64,000 nt of DNA from Bdellovibrionaceae bacterium UBA6502 (GCA_002436415.1 DJMA01000027.1:15782-79781); one strand, 5' to 3'. Positions 48,088-58,787 are shown, counted from the first letter of the stretch. The notes: generated from the sequence alone by a model not told the origin. Translations and numbers: made by a program.

Positions 48088-49555
48088 ATTTAACTTAAAA
48101 GTATGTTTGTTGTGTTTCTCAGTTGCCTTTGTAGCCTGTGGATCTACCCAAGTGGATAAAAAGCCGATTCAAACTCAGTTAACTGATAAGCTGGGGCAAG
48201 ACACATTGGTAGCCCATACATTTACGTGGGAACAAGGTGATTTCAAAAAAGTAGCCTTTAAAACTCCTGACTATTCTGGGCAAAACGGAAAAATTGGATG
48301 GACAGCGGAAACTTTCCAAGTTCCTGAAGGTTTAAGAGTCAATGTAGATTTTTGGAAAAACATCTATCAAAAATATGATTCGCACCAGGGAGTTTTACAC
48401 GACTCCTTTCATATTGATTTAGTTTACAAGGAAATTGATTTTCATCCCATCATGAGGGACGAGTCTCTAAGTAACAGTGAGAAACTACGTGCTAGACGAA
48501 AGCTTGTAGATTCTTGGAAAGATCGAGTAAAAGTTGCAGTTAAAAAAATCAAAGGAAAACAAGAATTAGATGACTTTGAAAAAGAAGTTGCAGCAAAAAT
48601 TTCGAAGTATACAGAAAAAAACATCTTAGACAATTTGCCAGACAAAGGGAGACTGCGTTTTCAATTGGGGCAAAAAGATTTTATTAAGAATGGATTTTTT
48701 CATAGTGGACTTTATATGTCTCAACTAGAGGAAATTTTCGCTAGCTATGATCTTCCTAAAGAATTGGTTCGAATCGCTTTTGTGGAAAGTTCTTTTAATT
48801 TACGCGCACATTCAAAAGTAGGGGCGAGTGGGATTTGGCAGATTATGCCTGCAACGGCCAGGCGTTCTTTACCGATGGGATATTATTATGACTATAGAAA
48901 TAATCCCATTGCAGCCAGCCATACTGCGGCTAAGCTTTTAAAATACAATTTTAAAGTCTTAGGAGATTGGCCAAGAGCTTTAACTGCTTATAATTTTGGT
49001 GCGGCGGGAATGAGGCGTTTGTCTAAAAAACTTGGCACAGATAAGATTGCTGAAATGAGTAAAGAGCGAACTGGCCGATGGGGTTTTGCTGCTTCAAATT
49101 TTTATGCCAGTTATCTTGCTCTTTTAGATACTGAGCAAAAACTTTTGAGTATGTATGAAAATTTCCAAGTTCGAAAGCCTTTGTATCACAAAGAAATTCG
49201 TTTAAAGAAAGCTGTGAATTGGGCTTGGTTAAAAGAACAAATTCCTGTTTTAGAAGATTTTAAAGATCATAATCCGCAGTTTAAGTTTTCTCGATTTGAA
49301 GGGGATACTTACCTGAAGAAAGGTTTAAAAATCTATGGTGAAGTGCCAGTGATGGAAGCTTTGAATGTTGCATTGTTAAAAGCTCCTAAAATAAAGGCCT
49401 CGAAATTTCAAATCCATAGAGTGAGTCGAGGAGAAACCTTATCAAATATTGCTCGTAGATATCGAGTTCGTATGAGTTCTATCGCTAGTGTGAATAATCT
49501 TTCTAGCTACCATGAGATTAGAATCGGTCAAAAATTAAAGATACCAGTTCGCTAG
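48071..49555 (+). CDS. MltD-like lytic transglycosylase lipoprotein with C-terminal LysM
   Basis: Lipobox VAC, VESSF, SKVGASGIWQ, AYN.G and a LysM domain (HRVSRGETLSNIARRY). Confidence 0.88.
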   Translation: MCKKTKFNLKVCLLCFSVAFVACGSTQVDKKPIQTQLTDKLGQDTLVAHTFTWEQGDFKKVAFKTPDYSGQNGKIGWTAETFQVPEGLRVNVDFWKNIYQKYDSHQGVLHDSFHIDLVYKEIDFHPIMRDESLSNSEKLRARRKLVDSWKDRVKVAVKKIKGKQELDDFEKEVAAKISKYTEKNILDNLPDKGRLRFQLGQKDFIKNGFFHSGLYMSQLEEIFASYDLPKELVRIAFVESSFNLRAHSKVGASGIWQIMPATARRSLPMGYYYDYRNNPIAASHTAAKLLKYNFKVLGDWPRALTAYNFGAAGMRRLSKKLGTDKIAEMSKERTGRWGFAASNFYASYLALLDTEQKLLSMYENFQVRKPLYHKEIRLKKAVNWAWLKEQIPVLEDFKDHNPQFKFSRFEGDTYLKKGLKIYGEVPVMEALNVALLKAPKIKASKFQIHRVSRGETLSNIARRYRVRMSSIASVNNLSSYHEIRIGQKLKIPVR

Positions 49556-49689
49556 TCGAGGATTGTTTGATTCTGTCTAGTCTAGCTTGTCTAGGTCCAG
49601 GGAAGTTTCTTCCCAGGCACTGGTTTAGTAAAGCTTAGTGCCTTGGTTCGCTTTTGCTAGTTTCGATGCTTCCATATGAAAATGGAAGT

Positions 49690-50247
49690 ATGAAATATGT
49701 GTTCACAATTCTTATTCTAATTAGTTCATTTAATTGCCTCCAAGCAGAGGAAGGTCTCAGTTTTGCCGAATCTGATAAGATGGGCGAGTTGAAAGACCGA
49801 GTTTTAGATCGAAAGCTGCAATTAAATTTGGTTCATCAATTGATCAAAACTGAAGATTTGGACACTCAGTACCCCAAATTAAAGTTTATATTTAAAAATG
49901 AAATGTCTAATCGCTACTTGCTTCAGAGTTTGGAGTTCTTTGTTAACGAATCAAAGGTCTATTCCTTTTTTACTGATCCAAAAGCTAAGGAAAAGAAAGG
50001 TTCTCAGGGGCATGAAGTGAATCTTCCACCCGGCAAACATGAAATTAGAATTGTGGCAATTTATAATGGGAACGACACTGGAGTCTTTTCTTATTTGAGT
50101 GACTATAAGGTCCGTGCTGAAGGAAAGAAGGAAATAGAGGTTAAGAAGGGCCAAGATCAGGTTTTAAATATTAAGGGCTTTGAGAAAGGTGGGGTTTTAA
50201 CAGATTTCAAAGAAAGACCTGCAATAGAAATTATGGTGAATAGATAG
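49690..50247 (+). CDS. Exported beta-rich hypothetical, first gene of TPR operon
   Basis: Signal peptide; LPPGKHEI...YNGNDTGVFSYL...EKGG..T....RP. Start refined to 49690. Confidence 0.7.
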   Translation: MKYVFTILILISSFNCLQAEEGLSFAESDKMGELKDRVLDRKLQLNLVHQLIKTEDLDTQYPKLKFIFKNEMSNRYLLQSLEFFVNESKVYSFFTDPKAKEKKGSQGHEVNLPPGKHEIRIVAIYNGNDTGVFSYLSDYKVRAEGKKEIEVKKGQDQVLNIKGFEKGGVLTDFKERPAIEIMVNR

Positions 50248-51590
50248 TGTTTGGAAGAAAGATCAGTATTTTTGTGAAGACTTTAATTTTGACTAGTAGT
50301 GTGTTTACTAGTCAAAATCTCCTTGCGCAAAAAACATCGCCGAAAAAACAGAAGCTGCTTAAAGATAAGTGGGAAGTGGTCGCTATCGATGCTAAGTATT
50401 CCTACGATAAAGGCGATTTGTACCAATCTTTACGCCTTTTAGAGCTTTTACGAGATAAGAAAGCAGAAGTGTTTTTAAAGGCGAAAAACTTAAATACCTA
50501 TTTGGATAATTTGTATTTACTGGGGAGTTCCAAAAAATTAGCTAAAAGCTGTAATGAGGAATTCTCCTTAAGAAAAGAAGCGGCCGCTAAAGTTGCTTAC
50601 TACTGTGCTCTGACATTCTATCGTCATGGGGCGTTTAGACAAGCTTACCAGTGGATTAATAAAGTTCAGAAAGACGAAGTAAATCACCAGTCTAAAATTT
50701 TAAGCGCTAGTATATTACTTGCTTTAAATAATCCTGAGAAGTGTCTTAAGCAAATGACTGAACCAGAAACTTTTGGTGATGTTAAAGATTTGGCTTTTTT
50801 GTTGAAAGCTAGGTGCTTGATGGAATATGGAAACTTTGTTTCGGCCATTGATCATTTTCTTAAAATCTCTCCTGAAAGTGTTCATTATGCAGATGCATTG
50901 TATGATTTGTCTTGGGCATATTTTAAGTCACGACAAATTGGAGACTCTAGGTCAAACATTGATATAGTTCTATCAAGTTTTAACGAATCTGACAGCAATC
51001 AAAAAAGCATTGATTCACTGGAGTATTTTAACCTTCGTTTTCTTAAAGCCTATTTAGGAATCGTCCAAACCGGTGCTTCCGATGTTAAGTCTGCGATGGA
51101 CCTTGCTAGTCAGGAAATAGAGAGCTTAAGAGAAAAACACAAGTTTGATGATAGTAGTTTAAAAACTTTGGTAAGTACTACTATTTCAGAGAAAAACATC
51201 AAGCAATACAGCGCTTCACTACCAGGATTTGGAGATTGGTATTCATTTGTCAGTACGTGGGGACAATTGAGTTTTCTAAATCGAGCGATGAAAGACTATC
51301 GACATTTAAAGGCTGTGCAAATTGAAGCCAAGCGTTCTGTTGCCCCAGAATATCGAAAAAATTTAGCTACATTAGAAGCTGTTTTAGCTAAAACCAGTGA
51401 ATGGGCATTGTTTAAGTTGTACAAAGACAGTCTGCAAGCTTTAGATGGTTTTGAATTTAGAGTAAAGCTTGCAAAGCTCAAAGTAGATACTCTTAAAAAA
51501 ACAAAGGGCGCACAAAATTTAAAACAAGCAAAAGAAATTTATAAACGCAAAGAGAATTACGTTCAAAGTTTGACTGGGGAGTTGCAATGA
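50247..51590 (+). CDS. Exported TPR protein (GltE/AglT-like size)
   Basis: Signal peptide and TPR-like helices (AIDHFLKISPES..YADALYDLSWAYF). Confidence 0.7.
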   Translation: MFGRKISIFVKTLILTSSVFTSQNLLAQKTSPKKQKLLKDKWEVVAIDAKYSYDKGDLYQSLRLLELLRDKKAEVFLKAKNLNTYLDNLYLLGSSKKLAKSCNEEFSLRKEAAAKVAYYCALTFYRHGAFRQAYQWINKVQKDEVNHQSKILSASILLALNNPEKCLKQMTEPETFGDVKDLAFLLKARCLMEYGNFVSAIDHFLKISPESVHYADALYDLSWAYFKSRQIGDSRSNIDIVLSSFNESDSNQKSIDSLEYFNLRFLKAYLGIVQTGASDVKSAMDLASQEIESLREKHKFDDSSLKTLVSTTISEKNIKQYSASLPGFGDWYSFVSTWGQLSFLNRAMKDYRHLKAVQIEAKRSVAPEYRKNLATLEAVLAKTSEWALFKLYKDSLQALDGFEFRVKLAKLKVDTLKKTKGAQNLKQAKEIYKRKENYVQSLTGELQ

Positions 51591-54500
51591 GAAAGGTATT
51601 AATTGCGATTTCGCTTCTATTTATAGGAAACTCTATCTTTGCATCTACAACCAAAGAATTTTATGAATGGCTTGATACAGCGGAAGACTATAGTAATGAT
51701 AGTTTACTGTATAGCAAGGTTTTGATGCACTTAAGAGATCAGAAACTTGCCGAAGAATTTAGTAAGGAAATTTCTCAAATTGAAAAGGCGTTAAAGCAAA
51801 ATACCAATCAAAATATTGATAAAATAAAAAACTTTTTAACGAAGCATAATAATCAGATTGTACTGGATGATGATCTATTGATGAGATTGGCATTGATCTA
51901 CTACCAACAATCTAACTTTAAGTTACAAGACGAGATGGAAAATTACCATCAGAAACTTTCCTTGTATTATTCAAAAAAATTACAAGAGAGTCCGGAGCTT
52001 CCTCAACCTAATTATGAAACTACTCAAACTTATTGCGAACGTCTGTTAAAAGAGTACCCAAACTCTAGTTTTGCTGACTATGGTAGATACTTATTAGGAG
52101 TAATTCAAGAAGAAGTGGGTAACTACGATGAGGCCAAAGCCTTTTATGCTGATATTATAAAATTACATCCATTTTCAAAACATAGAGAAGAAGTCTTATG
52201 GAGACACGCTGAACTAAGCTTTGATTTCGGTGAATACACATCTGCAGCAAATAGCTATGAAGATTTGGTGAAAATTAACTCGCAAAATTACAAACAACGA
52301 GCGCTATATAAGCTAGGAGCATTAGAGTTTCAGTTAAAAAAGTATAAACAATCCATGAGTCGCTTTGAAAGCTTATTGAGCGAAGAGATTAGTTTTGAAA
52401 TGCTTTCTCCTTCTTTGCAAAATGAAGCATTTGAATATGTAGGTCTTCTGTATTTAAAAGGCCAGTCATTGAAGGCTTTAAGTGATACGCAAAAATTTAA
52501 AGCTGTCTCAGCTGTCGGCGAAAGAATGGAGCGCCATAACCAATTTCTTTATGCTCGTGAGATTTTTCAAAAGTTTATCAAGGAAAACCCATGGAATACA
52601 AAAATTCCTTTGTACTACTCAAAAGTTATAGAAAGCCTACAAGCAGAAGGTAAAGAAAAAGAAGCTGTCACGTGGCAATCACGTTTGAGTAAACATTTGA
52701 TTCCTAGCGGAACATGGTGGAAGAAAAATACAGATCCTACTAGTCGTATGATTGCTGAGGAAAATGTGGAACTTGCAAAAATTAGCGTAGCTAGGTATTT
52801 TGCTAATCTTGCTCTGAAGAGTGGAAAGACTAGTGATTACAGGCGAGCGGCAAAAGAGTATGAGAGTTTTGTAAAGACAGAAGCTTATAGTACTGAAATC
52901 GCTGTGGCCTATTTTGAAATGGGTCAAATTTACATGGAGCTAAAAAGATACGCTTTGGCTTATAGAGCTTTCAAAAAATCTCTGAGTTTGAATTTACAAG
53001 ATAACCGTGAACTGATGATTTCTGAAATGCTTTATGCTTATCAGAAGCAACTAAGTCTGAACAAGAATAAGTTCGGTATTGAGGTGTTGACGAAGAAAGC
53101 CTTAGCTTTAAATGACAAAGAAAAGGATTTTTTAGAAGAGTATAAACAATATCGAGATGAATTATTAGAGACAGAGTATTTACTTCCTTTGGATTCATTG
53201 GTTGCGAACATTTATCTTGCAAAGGCAAATGTAAAAGAAGCAACTTCTACCTTAGAGGCAATGCTAGAAAACACCTACGTTGATTCCAAGCAAATTCAAT
53301 TTCTTGAGGATGCGGGAAAATGGCTTACAGAAATATACTCTAGTCAGAAACAGTGGGAGATGGCGGAAAATGTCTCGCAAAAGTTAAAAAAACTAGGTGC
53401 CAAAGAGGCGGTTGATAGTCAGAAACTTGCAAGTTTGCGATTTAACAACTCAATCTTATTGGAGGCAGAAGTCTTTGAGCAGCAGGGAAATCTTTTGCAG
53501 GCAGCAGCTCTATTTTTGAGTTTTGCGAAAAAAAATCCTAAAGATAGCGAAGCCTTAAAATCTCAACTAAAAGCGGCGCAACTTTTTAGAGATTCTCATG
53601 ACTACCAGAGATCTAACGAAATTTTATCTAAACTATTTAAAAGTGAATATCGTGTAAATGTAAACCAGATTTACGCACAAAATTTATTAGATAGTTTTCA
53701 GTTTGAAGCTTTACAAAAGTTTTTGAAAACTCTGAGTAAAACAGATTTTAGATTAAATACTGAATTAAGTAATTTTGAAAAAATGCTTAAGTTTTTAGAG
53801 CCAGCTCCTAGTTTTGGGGACCGTTTCTATCAGAGCTACCTGAAAAATAAGGACTTTGCTTTTGGGCTTCAAGCCTTTAAGGAGTTTTATTATTCTGGAG
53901 AAATTTCGAAGTCGGCAAAGGTTCTTAGCAATTTAGAGAAAAATACTAAAAAACAAAACTCCATGGAAGTATTGGGAGTAAAAGCTCTTTTTAATCATTC
54001 TTATGGAAAAGAAAGTGTCGCCAAAGAAAGTTGTGAAAAATACCAAGCGGAGTATTCGAAGTTAAAGAAAATTGAATTTAGAAGACAAGAACTTCACTAT
54101 CAATGTAACTGGATTTTGAATCCAAATTATGATGAGGCACAAGCTGGATATTTAAAAACGGCAATCGAGCAAAATGCTTATGAAAGCGTTTTATTTATTA
54201 GTATGGATGCTAAAAGATCTGAGAAAGAAATATTAAAAAGCTATACCGCAGCTCGAAAACTAAAGGAGATGCAAGGTGCACCGATTTTTTCTTCGGTGAC
54301 AAGCTATTTAAAAAATCTTGGTTCTTACCGAGCTGCTAGTTATGAACTTTTTCCTTATCAAATACTGAATGCAGAAAGCATCGAGTGGAGAAAATTAGAA
54401 GGCAAAGATAAGGCTTTTGACATTCAGAGCTATTGTAAGAACGTAGGCTACGGTCGTTGTTATCGAAAGCTTTTAAGCTTTCAAAAGAAGAATAACAGTC

Positions 54501-55177
54501 AGGATTATGATCTATTGGCGAAACTGGCTTTTATTGTGGATAAAGAAAAAGAAGCGAAGGACTGGCTTGCTGAATGGAAAAAAGTAAATCCTGAGGTACA
54601 AGCTTTATATTTTAGACTTGGTTTAGACGATAGGAAGCCGACGAAGGCGGACCATGAAAAGGCAGTGATCGCAGGTAAAGCCTATGCTTTTGATTACCTA
54701 CAGTTAGCTAAACATTATTATGAACAATCTCAGGAGAGAAAGGCTAACTTTGTTTTGGATAAAGCTAGAAAACGTTATATCGATAGTAATTTGCTTCAAG
54801 CATCTACCAAAATACTAATCGGTAGAGGAGAGTTGTTTTTATCTGGACAGGTTTCTGACCCTAGGCTTGCTTTCTTGCTGAAAATTCAAGGAGAGCTTGA
54901 ACTGGATAGTAAACGCAAAGAAAGAGCTTTGTTTGCATTTACGGATTGGAATGACAATGCGATGCTTTACAAAAATCTTTTTAATAAAAGAGCAAATCCA
55001 AAAATTAGAAAGAAAGATAGCTCCTATTACAATCTTTTGAGCTTTTACTACAACTATTCTAGACATCGCTTAGAGGAATCCAAAGAGAATTTAAAAAGAC
55101 TAGGTAAGACTGAGTTATTTTACCCATTACCAAAAGAGTGGATAGAAAGTGAACGAGGTGTAGCAAGTGAAAACTAG
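51587..55177 (+). CDS. Large exported TPR protein (GltD/AgmU-like)
   Basis: 1196 aa with a signal peptide, repeated 'YPNS'/'HPFS' TPR turns, LMRLA..Y, ALYKLG and GTWWKKN. Confidence 0.75.
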   Translation: MRKVLIAISLLFIGNSIFASTTKEFYEWLDTAEDYSNDSLLYSKVLMHLRDQKLAEEFSKEISQIEKALKQNTNQNIDKIKNFLTKHNNQIVLDDDLLMRLALIYYQQSNFKLQDEMENYHQKLSLYYSKKLQESPELPQPNYETTQTYCERLLKEYPNSSFADYGRYLLGVIQEEVGNYDEAKAFYADIIKLHPFSKHREEVLWRHAELSFDFGEYTSAANSYEDLVKINSQNYKQRALYKLGALEFQLKKYKQSMSRFESLLSEEISFEMLSPSLQNEAFEYVGLLYLKGQSLKALSDTQKFKAVSAVGERMERHNQFLYAREIFQKFIKENPWNTKIPLYYSKVIESLQAEGKEKEAVTWQSRLSKHLIPSGTWWKKNTDPTSRMIAEENVELAKISVARYFANLALKSGKTSDYRRAAKEYESFVKTEAYSTEIAVAYFEMGQIYMELKRYALAYRAFKKSLSLNLQDNRELMISEMLYAYQKQLSLNKNKFGIEVLTKKALALNDKEKDFLEEYKQYRDELLETEYLLPLDSLVANIYLAKANVKEATSTLEAMLENTYVDSKQIQFLEDAGKWLTEIYSSQKQWEMAENVSQKLKKLGAKEAVDSQKLASLRFNNSILLEAEVFEQQGNLLQAAALFLSFAKKNPKDSEALKSQLKAAQLFRDSHDYQRSNEILSKLFKSEYRVNVNQIYAQNLLDSFQFEALQKFLKTLSKTDFRLNTELSNFEKMLKFLEPAPSFGDRFYQSYLKNKDFAFGLQAFKEFYYSGEISKSAKVLSNLEKNTKKQNSMEVLGVKALFNHSYGKESVAKESCEKYQAEYSKLKKIEFRRQELHYQCNWILNPNYDEAQAGYLKTAIEQNAYESVLFISMDAKRSEKEILKSYTAARKLKEMQGAPIFSSVTSYLKNLGSYRAASYELFPYQILNAESIEWRKLEGKDKAFDIQSYCKNVGYGRCYRKLLSFQKKNNSQDYDLLAKLAFIVDKEKEAKDWLAEWKKVNPEVQALYFRLGLDDRKPTKADHEKAVIAGKAYAFDYLQLAKHYYEQSQERKANFVLDKARKRYIDSNLLQASTKILIGRGELFLSGQVSDPRLAFLLKIQGELELDSKRKERALFAFTDWNDNAMLYKNLFNKRANPKIRKKDSSYYNLLSFYYNYSRHRLEESKENLKRLGKTELFYPLPKEWIESERGVASEN

Positions 55178-55415
55178 TTTAATTTTTTTCTTACTTTTGT
55201 TATTGCCAATTTTCAGTAATGCCAAGTTAACGGCCAAACAAAAACAGCAATTAAAAGTGAAAGCTTTAAATAAAAAGCCTAAACCAATGTTTCTTTTAAA
55301 GAAAGCAACAGAAGATTTAGGAGTTGAAGAACCGAAACAGGAATTTTCAAAACGACAGGTAGCAACGGTGATTTCGGATGATAGAATTTTCGTGGAATTT
55401 GATAAAAAAGACTAG
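55167..55415 (+). CDS. Small exported protein (GltF/CglF-like)
   Basis: 82 aa with a signal peptide and 'KPKPMFLLKK'; overlaps both neighbours. Confidence 0.5.
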   Translation: MKTSLIFFLLLLLPIFSNAKLTAKQKQQLKVKALNKKPKPMFLLKKATEDLGVEEPKQEFSKRQVATVISDDRIFVEFDKKD

Positions 55416-55950
55416 TGTTATAGTCTTTCTATTTTTTAGTGGCTTAAGCTTCGCAGATACCTATGTACGCGAAGACGGGAGCTTTGTCGATTCTCAAGAT
55501 CGAAAGCTTGTTGAATTTCAATTGAACAAATTTGTATCAGAATGCATTTTTATCGGTTCTGCTGAGGCAAAAAATATCGAGAGAATGGACTCTATTTTTT
55601 CTAATGAAAAGAAGAATCTGAAAAAGAACCAGTTGGCTTGCTACGATGAACATCTGTCCAAAATGAAGTCGGTGAACTTTTTGTACCGAAAATTGTGTTC
55701 TGACCTAAGCTATAATGGCATACCTAAAACACCTAAGAAATTGCTAAATCAATTTGTAACAGTCAGACAATTTCAGGATGGAATTTCATTGATGCACATT
55801 GTATTAAATGACTGTCTTACTAGTTTGGGAACGAACGAAAATTATATTGTTCCAAGTTCATCCGCGGAATCTAAGACAGGCTTGATTCGTCGATTAAACG
55901 CCATTGACACTGAAATGAAATTTAGAACTAATCGTGTGGAGATAAGATGA
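55378..55950 (+). CDS. Exported helical hypothetical with four Cys
   Basis: Signal-like N-terminus ending SFA; ATGA overlap with the next gene. Confidence 0.65.
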   Translation: MIEFSWNLIKKTSVIVFLFFSGLSFADTYVREDGSFVDSQDRKLVEFQLNKFVSECIFIGSAEAKNIERMDSIFSNEKKNLKKNQLACYDEHLSKMKSVNFLYRKLCSDLSYNGIPKTPKKLLNQFVTVRQFQDGISLMHIVLNDCLTSLGTNENYIVPSSSAESKTGLIRRLNAIDTEMKFRTNRVEIR

Positions 55951-57110
55951 AGATTTTAATATTATTTTTTTTCTCCATTCTTTGCACCAATGCAATGGCC
56001 GCTTTTCACGGAGATGTAGAAGCTGGGGTATCGAGCTTTAATAATCCTCTTTATTTAGATGATCCAGATACAAGTTCAACGGCTTACCAAATCAATCCAA
56101 GACTAAAGTACGATCTTTCAAGTGATATTGTATATGCCGATATTGAACTAGATGCTGAGTACACTAACTTCAGTGGAGTTACTGGTGGGGATATTTTAAA
56201 CTCTGATCTGCAACTAGAAACTGGTTTGGGAAATGGCCAAACCAAATATTTGGGTTTATTTGCAAAAACAAGTAGAGAGAAAAATTTAATAGATAATGAA
56301 TTGGGTGTTGCCCCGCCGGTTTTTAATGATACTAGCACTGGAATCGTTTCAGACTTTTCAATTAGCAAAAAAAGTTCCATCTATTTACATTATGAGCAAT
56401 CTACCACAGATGTGGATCTAGATGATTTTGCATATTTAAACTCTAAAAAAAGTCTTGCTTACCTCGGATATCGTTTCCGATTTTTGCCTGAAACTTTCTT
56501 CTTTCTTCAGGCAGAAAGCTTTGATGGGAAATTTAAAGACGGTTTGATTAATGAAAACAGCTCTGACGATAACGTAGCAAGAAGGCTTAAGTACGATTAT
56601 ACTGGTACGGGAATTATAGCTGGGGTTAAGGGAAAACTTACCAAATACACTAGCATTGATGCTAGTTTTGGCTTAAAACAAATCGATTATGATGATGACA
56701 ACCAGTTTTCAGAGCCTGTGTTTTCTTTCGTATTTACCGATCAAATTACTCCCAAGGACAGCCTAATCGCTGGTTACATTTACAGCGTAGAAGACTCTAG
56801 TTTTACCAACTGGGTTCTAAAGCAAGATATGAACATCGGTTATGCTAAAATTATCAACGATACCTTTTTGTTTCTTTTAAAGATGTCTTATATTTACTAT
56901 AGTTACTCTGAGCCTCAGAGAAGGGAAGACCAGCGTCTCCTTGCAAAAATGCAGTTTGATTATGTGTTCTCTCCTGGCTTTGCAGTGGTAACTAAACTAA
57001 ATATGGATATTCTTGTATCAGATGCCTATGATCTTGATTCTTCAGCAGATGATAAACCAGCTTCTTACCAAGCTGGTGACTTTGGTATCTATTTGAAATC
57101 GAGTTTCTAA
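55947..57110 (+). CDS. Outer-membrane beta-barrel protein
   Basis: Signal peptide, many alternating strands, 'RRED' before the penultimate strands, and terminal Phe (YLKSSF). Confidence 0.75.
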   Translation: MKILILFFFSILCTNAMAAFHGDVEAGVSSFNNPLYLDDPDTSSTAYQINPRLKYDLSSDIVYADIELDAEYTNFSGVTGGDILNSDLQLETGLGNGQTKYLGLFAKTSREKNLIDNELGVAPPVFNDTSTGIVSDFSISKKSSIYLHYEQSTTDVDLDDFAYLNSKKSLAYLGYRFRFLPETFFFLQAESFDGKFKDGLINENSSDDNVARRLKYDYTGTGIIAGVKGKLTKYTSIDASFGLKQIDYDDDNQFSEPVFSFVFTDQITPKDSLIAGYIYSVEDSSFTNWVLKQDMNIGYAKIINDTFLFLLKMSYIYYSYSEPQRREDQRLLAKMQFDYVFSPGFAVVTKLNMDILVSDAYDLDSSADDKPASYQAGDFGIYLKSSF

Positions 57111-58768
57111 TGAAATCAAATATCGAGTGGATTCCTATTGGAGGCCTCGGAGAAGTTGGAATGAATAATATGTTGATCAAAACGGATCAACATAGCTTTC
57201 TTCTTGATTGTGGAACGGCGAGTAGTCATTCTCCTTGGTTGGGCTATGATTCAGTGGCCCCCGATTATCGTTATATTTTTGGAGAACAAAACTTATTTGC
57301 ATGGCCCGATGATATTTTATTGAGTCATGGCCATGAAGATCACATTGGCGGACTTCCTTTATTTTTAAAACATTGTCCTAAAAAAGTGCGCCTCCACGCA
57401 ACGCCATTTAGTGCGGAGCTCATTCGTAAAAAACTTGGGGAATATCCTTCGGTAAAACAGTATTGGGAGCTTCATGTTCACAAACAAGCCGAAGAATTCT
57501 CTCTCGGGCCTTGGAAGGTGAAGTACTTTTTTAACAACCATTCTATTTATGATTCAAACTGTATGCTTTTTGATTTAGATGGATTTAAAGTATTTCATAC
57601 AGGGGATTTTAGACTTGATAAGACAACTTACAAAGATCCTAGTTTTGCAATCGAAAAAGTTTTGCAGGCTGAGGGAACCATCGATTTAATGATGGCTGAT
57701 TCGACCAATGCCGAGAGACTTGGTTGGTCTTTGTCTGAAGGTGACATTGGTGATCAATTTGAACAAATCATTGCGAACTCTCAAAAGGCAGTAGTGGTGT
57801 CTTTGTTTGCATCGAATGTTCGTCGTTTACAACACATTATAGAAGCGGCTCGGGTGAATGGACGCAAGCTTTGTTTTATGGGACGAAGTATGGAAAAGTT
57901 TGTCGACCTAGCTCAGGTTTTTGATGTTTTTCAAATTAAAGACAGCGAAAGAATTGAAATTGACGACATTGCAAATCATCCTAGAAATTCCTTTGTGCTA
58001 TTTTGCACAGGATCTCAGGGTGAGTATCAAGCAGCTCTTAGTCGAATTGTTCATGATCAATTTAAAAACTTCCATCTTGAAAAAGGCGATACTTTTATTC
58101 ATTCAGCCTTACAAATTCCTGGAAATGAACTAAAAGTTAGAAACCTCTTTAACCGCTGCGTGGAGAGAGGTGTAAACATCATCAGAAACGATGGTAAGCA
58201 TTTGGTTCACACCACCGGGCATGCTTATGCTGAAGAGTTAAAAGAAAGCATTGCTAAAGTAAAACCGAAAAACTTTTTACCAGTTCATGGTGACGGTTGT
58301 ATGTTAAAACGTCATGCCGAACTAGCTACAGAGGCGAGTCCATCAAGCAATGTTCATCAAATCCTTAATGCTTCGAGTTTAGTATACAATGGTAGTACTT
58401 TTGAACAAGTGAAGGTGGCAGAGGACTTCCCAAAAGCTTGGACTAAATTTAAGTTTTCAGGAAGCGTGAATTCTCGAGAGATTAGAGATAAAAAGAAAAT
58501 TGCAAGGGAAGGCCTAGTTAGTTTTGTTTTTGATATGGAGAGTTTGTTTACTCACAACCTGAGAGCGAGTTTGTTGTTTGTCGGTTGTCATTTTTTAGAA
58601 GATGATCCAGTTGAAGAACATGATATCTTGGAAAGAATTCGCCAAGATTTTTACCACAGGTATGATTCTAAAGTCGAAGTGGAGAAATGGTTTAATGATT
58701 GGCTCAGGGCCTTTTTTAAAAAACGTTTTGGTCAAAGGCCTGTAATTAAAATCGATAAAATAAAATAA
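57110..58768 (+). CDS. rnj: Ribonuclease J
   Basis: Motifs GGLGEVGMN, SHGHEDHIG, HTGDF, DSTNA, TGSQGE, HTTGHA and PVHG. Confidence 0.92.
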   Translation: MKSNIEWIPIGGLGEVGMNNMLIKTDQHSFLLDCGTASSHSPWLGYDSVAPDYRYIFGEQNLFAWPDDILLSHGHEDHIGGLPLFLKHCPKKVRLHATPFSAELIRKKLGEYPSVKQYWELHVHKQAEEFSLGPWKVKYFFNNHSIYDSNCMLFDLDGFKVFHTGDFRLDKTTYKDPSFAIEKVLQAEGTIDLMMADSTNAERLGWSLSEGDIGDQFEQIIANSQKAVVVSLFASNVRRLQHIIEAARVNGRKLCFMGRSMEKFVDLAQVFDVFQIKDSERIEIDDIANHPRNSFVLFCTGSQGEYQAALSRIVHDQFKNFHLEKGDTFIHSALQIPGNELKVRNLFNRCVERGVNIIRNDGKHLVHTTGHAYAEELKESIAKVKPKNFLPVHGDGCMLKRHAELATEASPSSNVHQILNASSLVYNGSTFEQVKVAEDFPKAWTKFKFSGSVNSREIRDKKKIAREGLVSFVFDMESLFTHNLRASLLFVGCHFLEDDPVEEHDILERIRQDFYHRYDSKVEVEKWFNDWLRAFFKKRFGQRPVIKIDKIK

Positions 58769-58787
58769 AAATAACTAAATAGGGAAT

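Noticed and set aside
49643-49658. Sigma-54 promoter before the TPR operon (TTGGTTCGCTTTTGCT)
   Set aside because: The GG-to-GC spacing is 9 nt rather than the strict 10.
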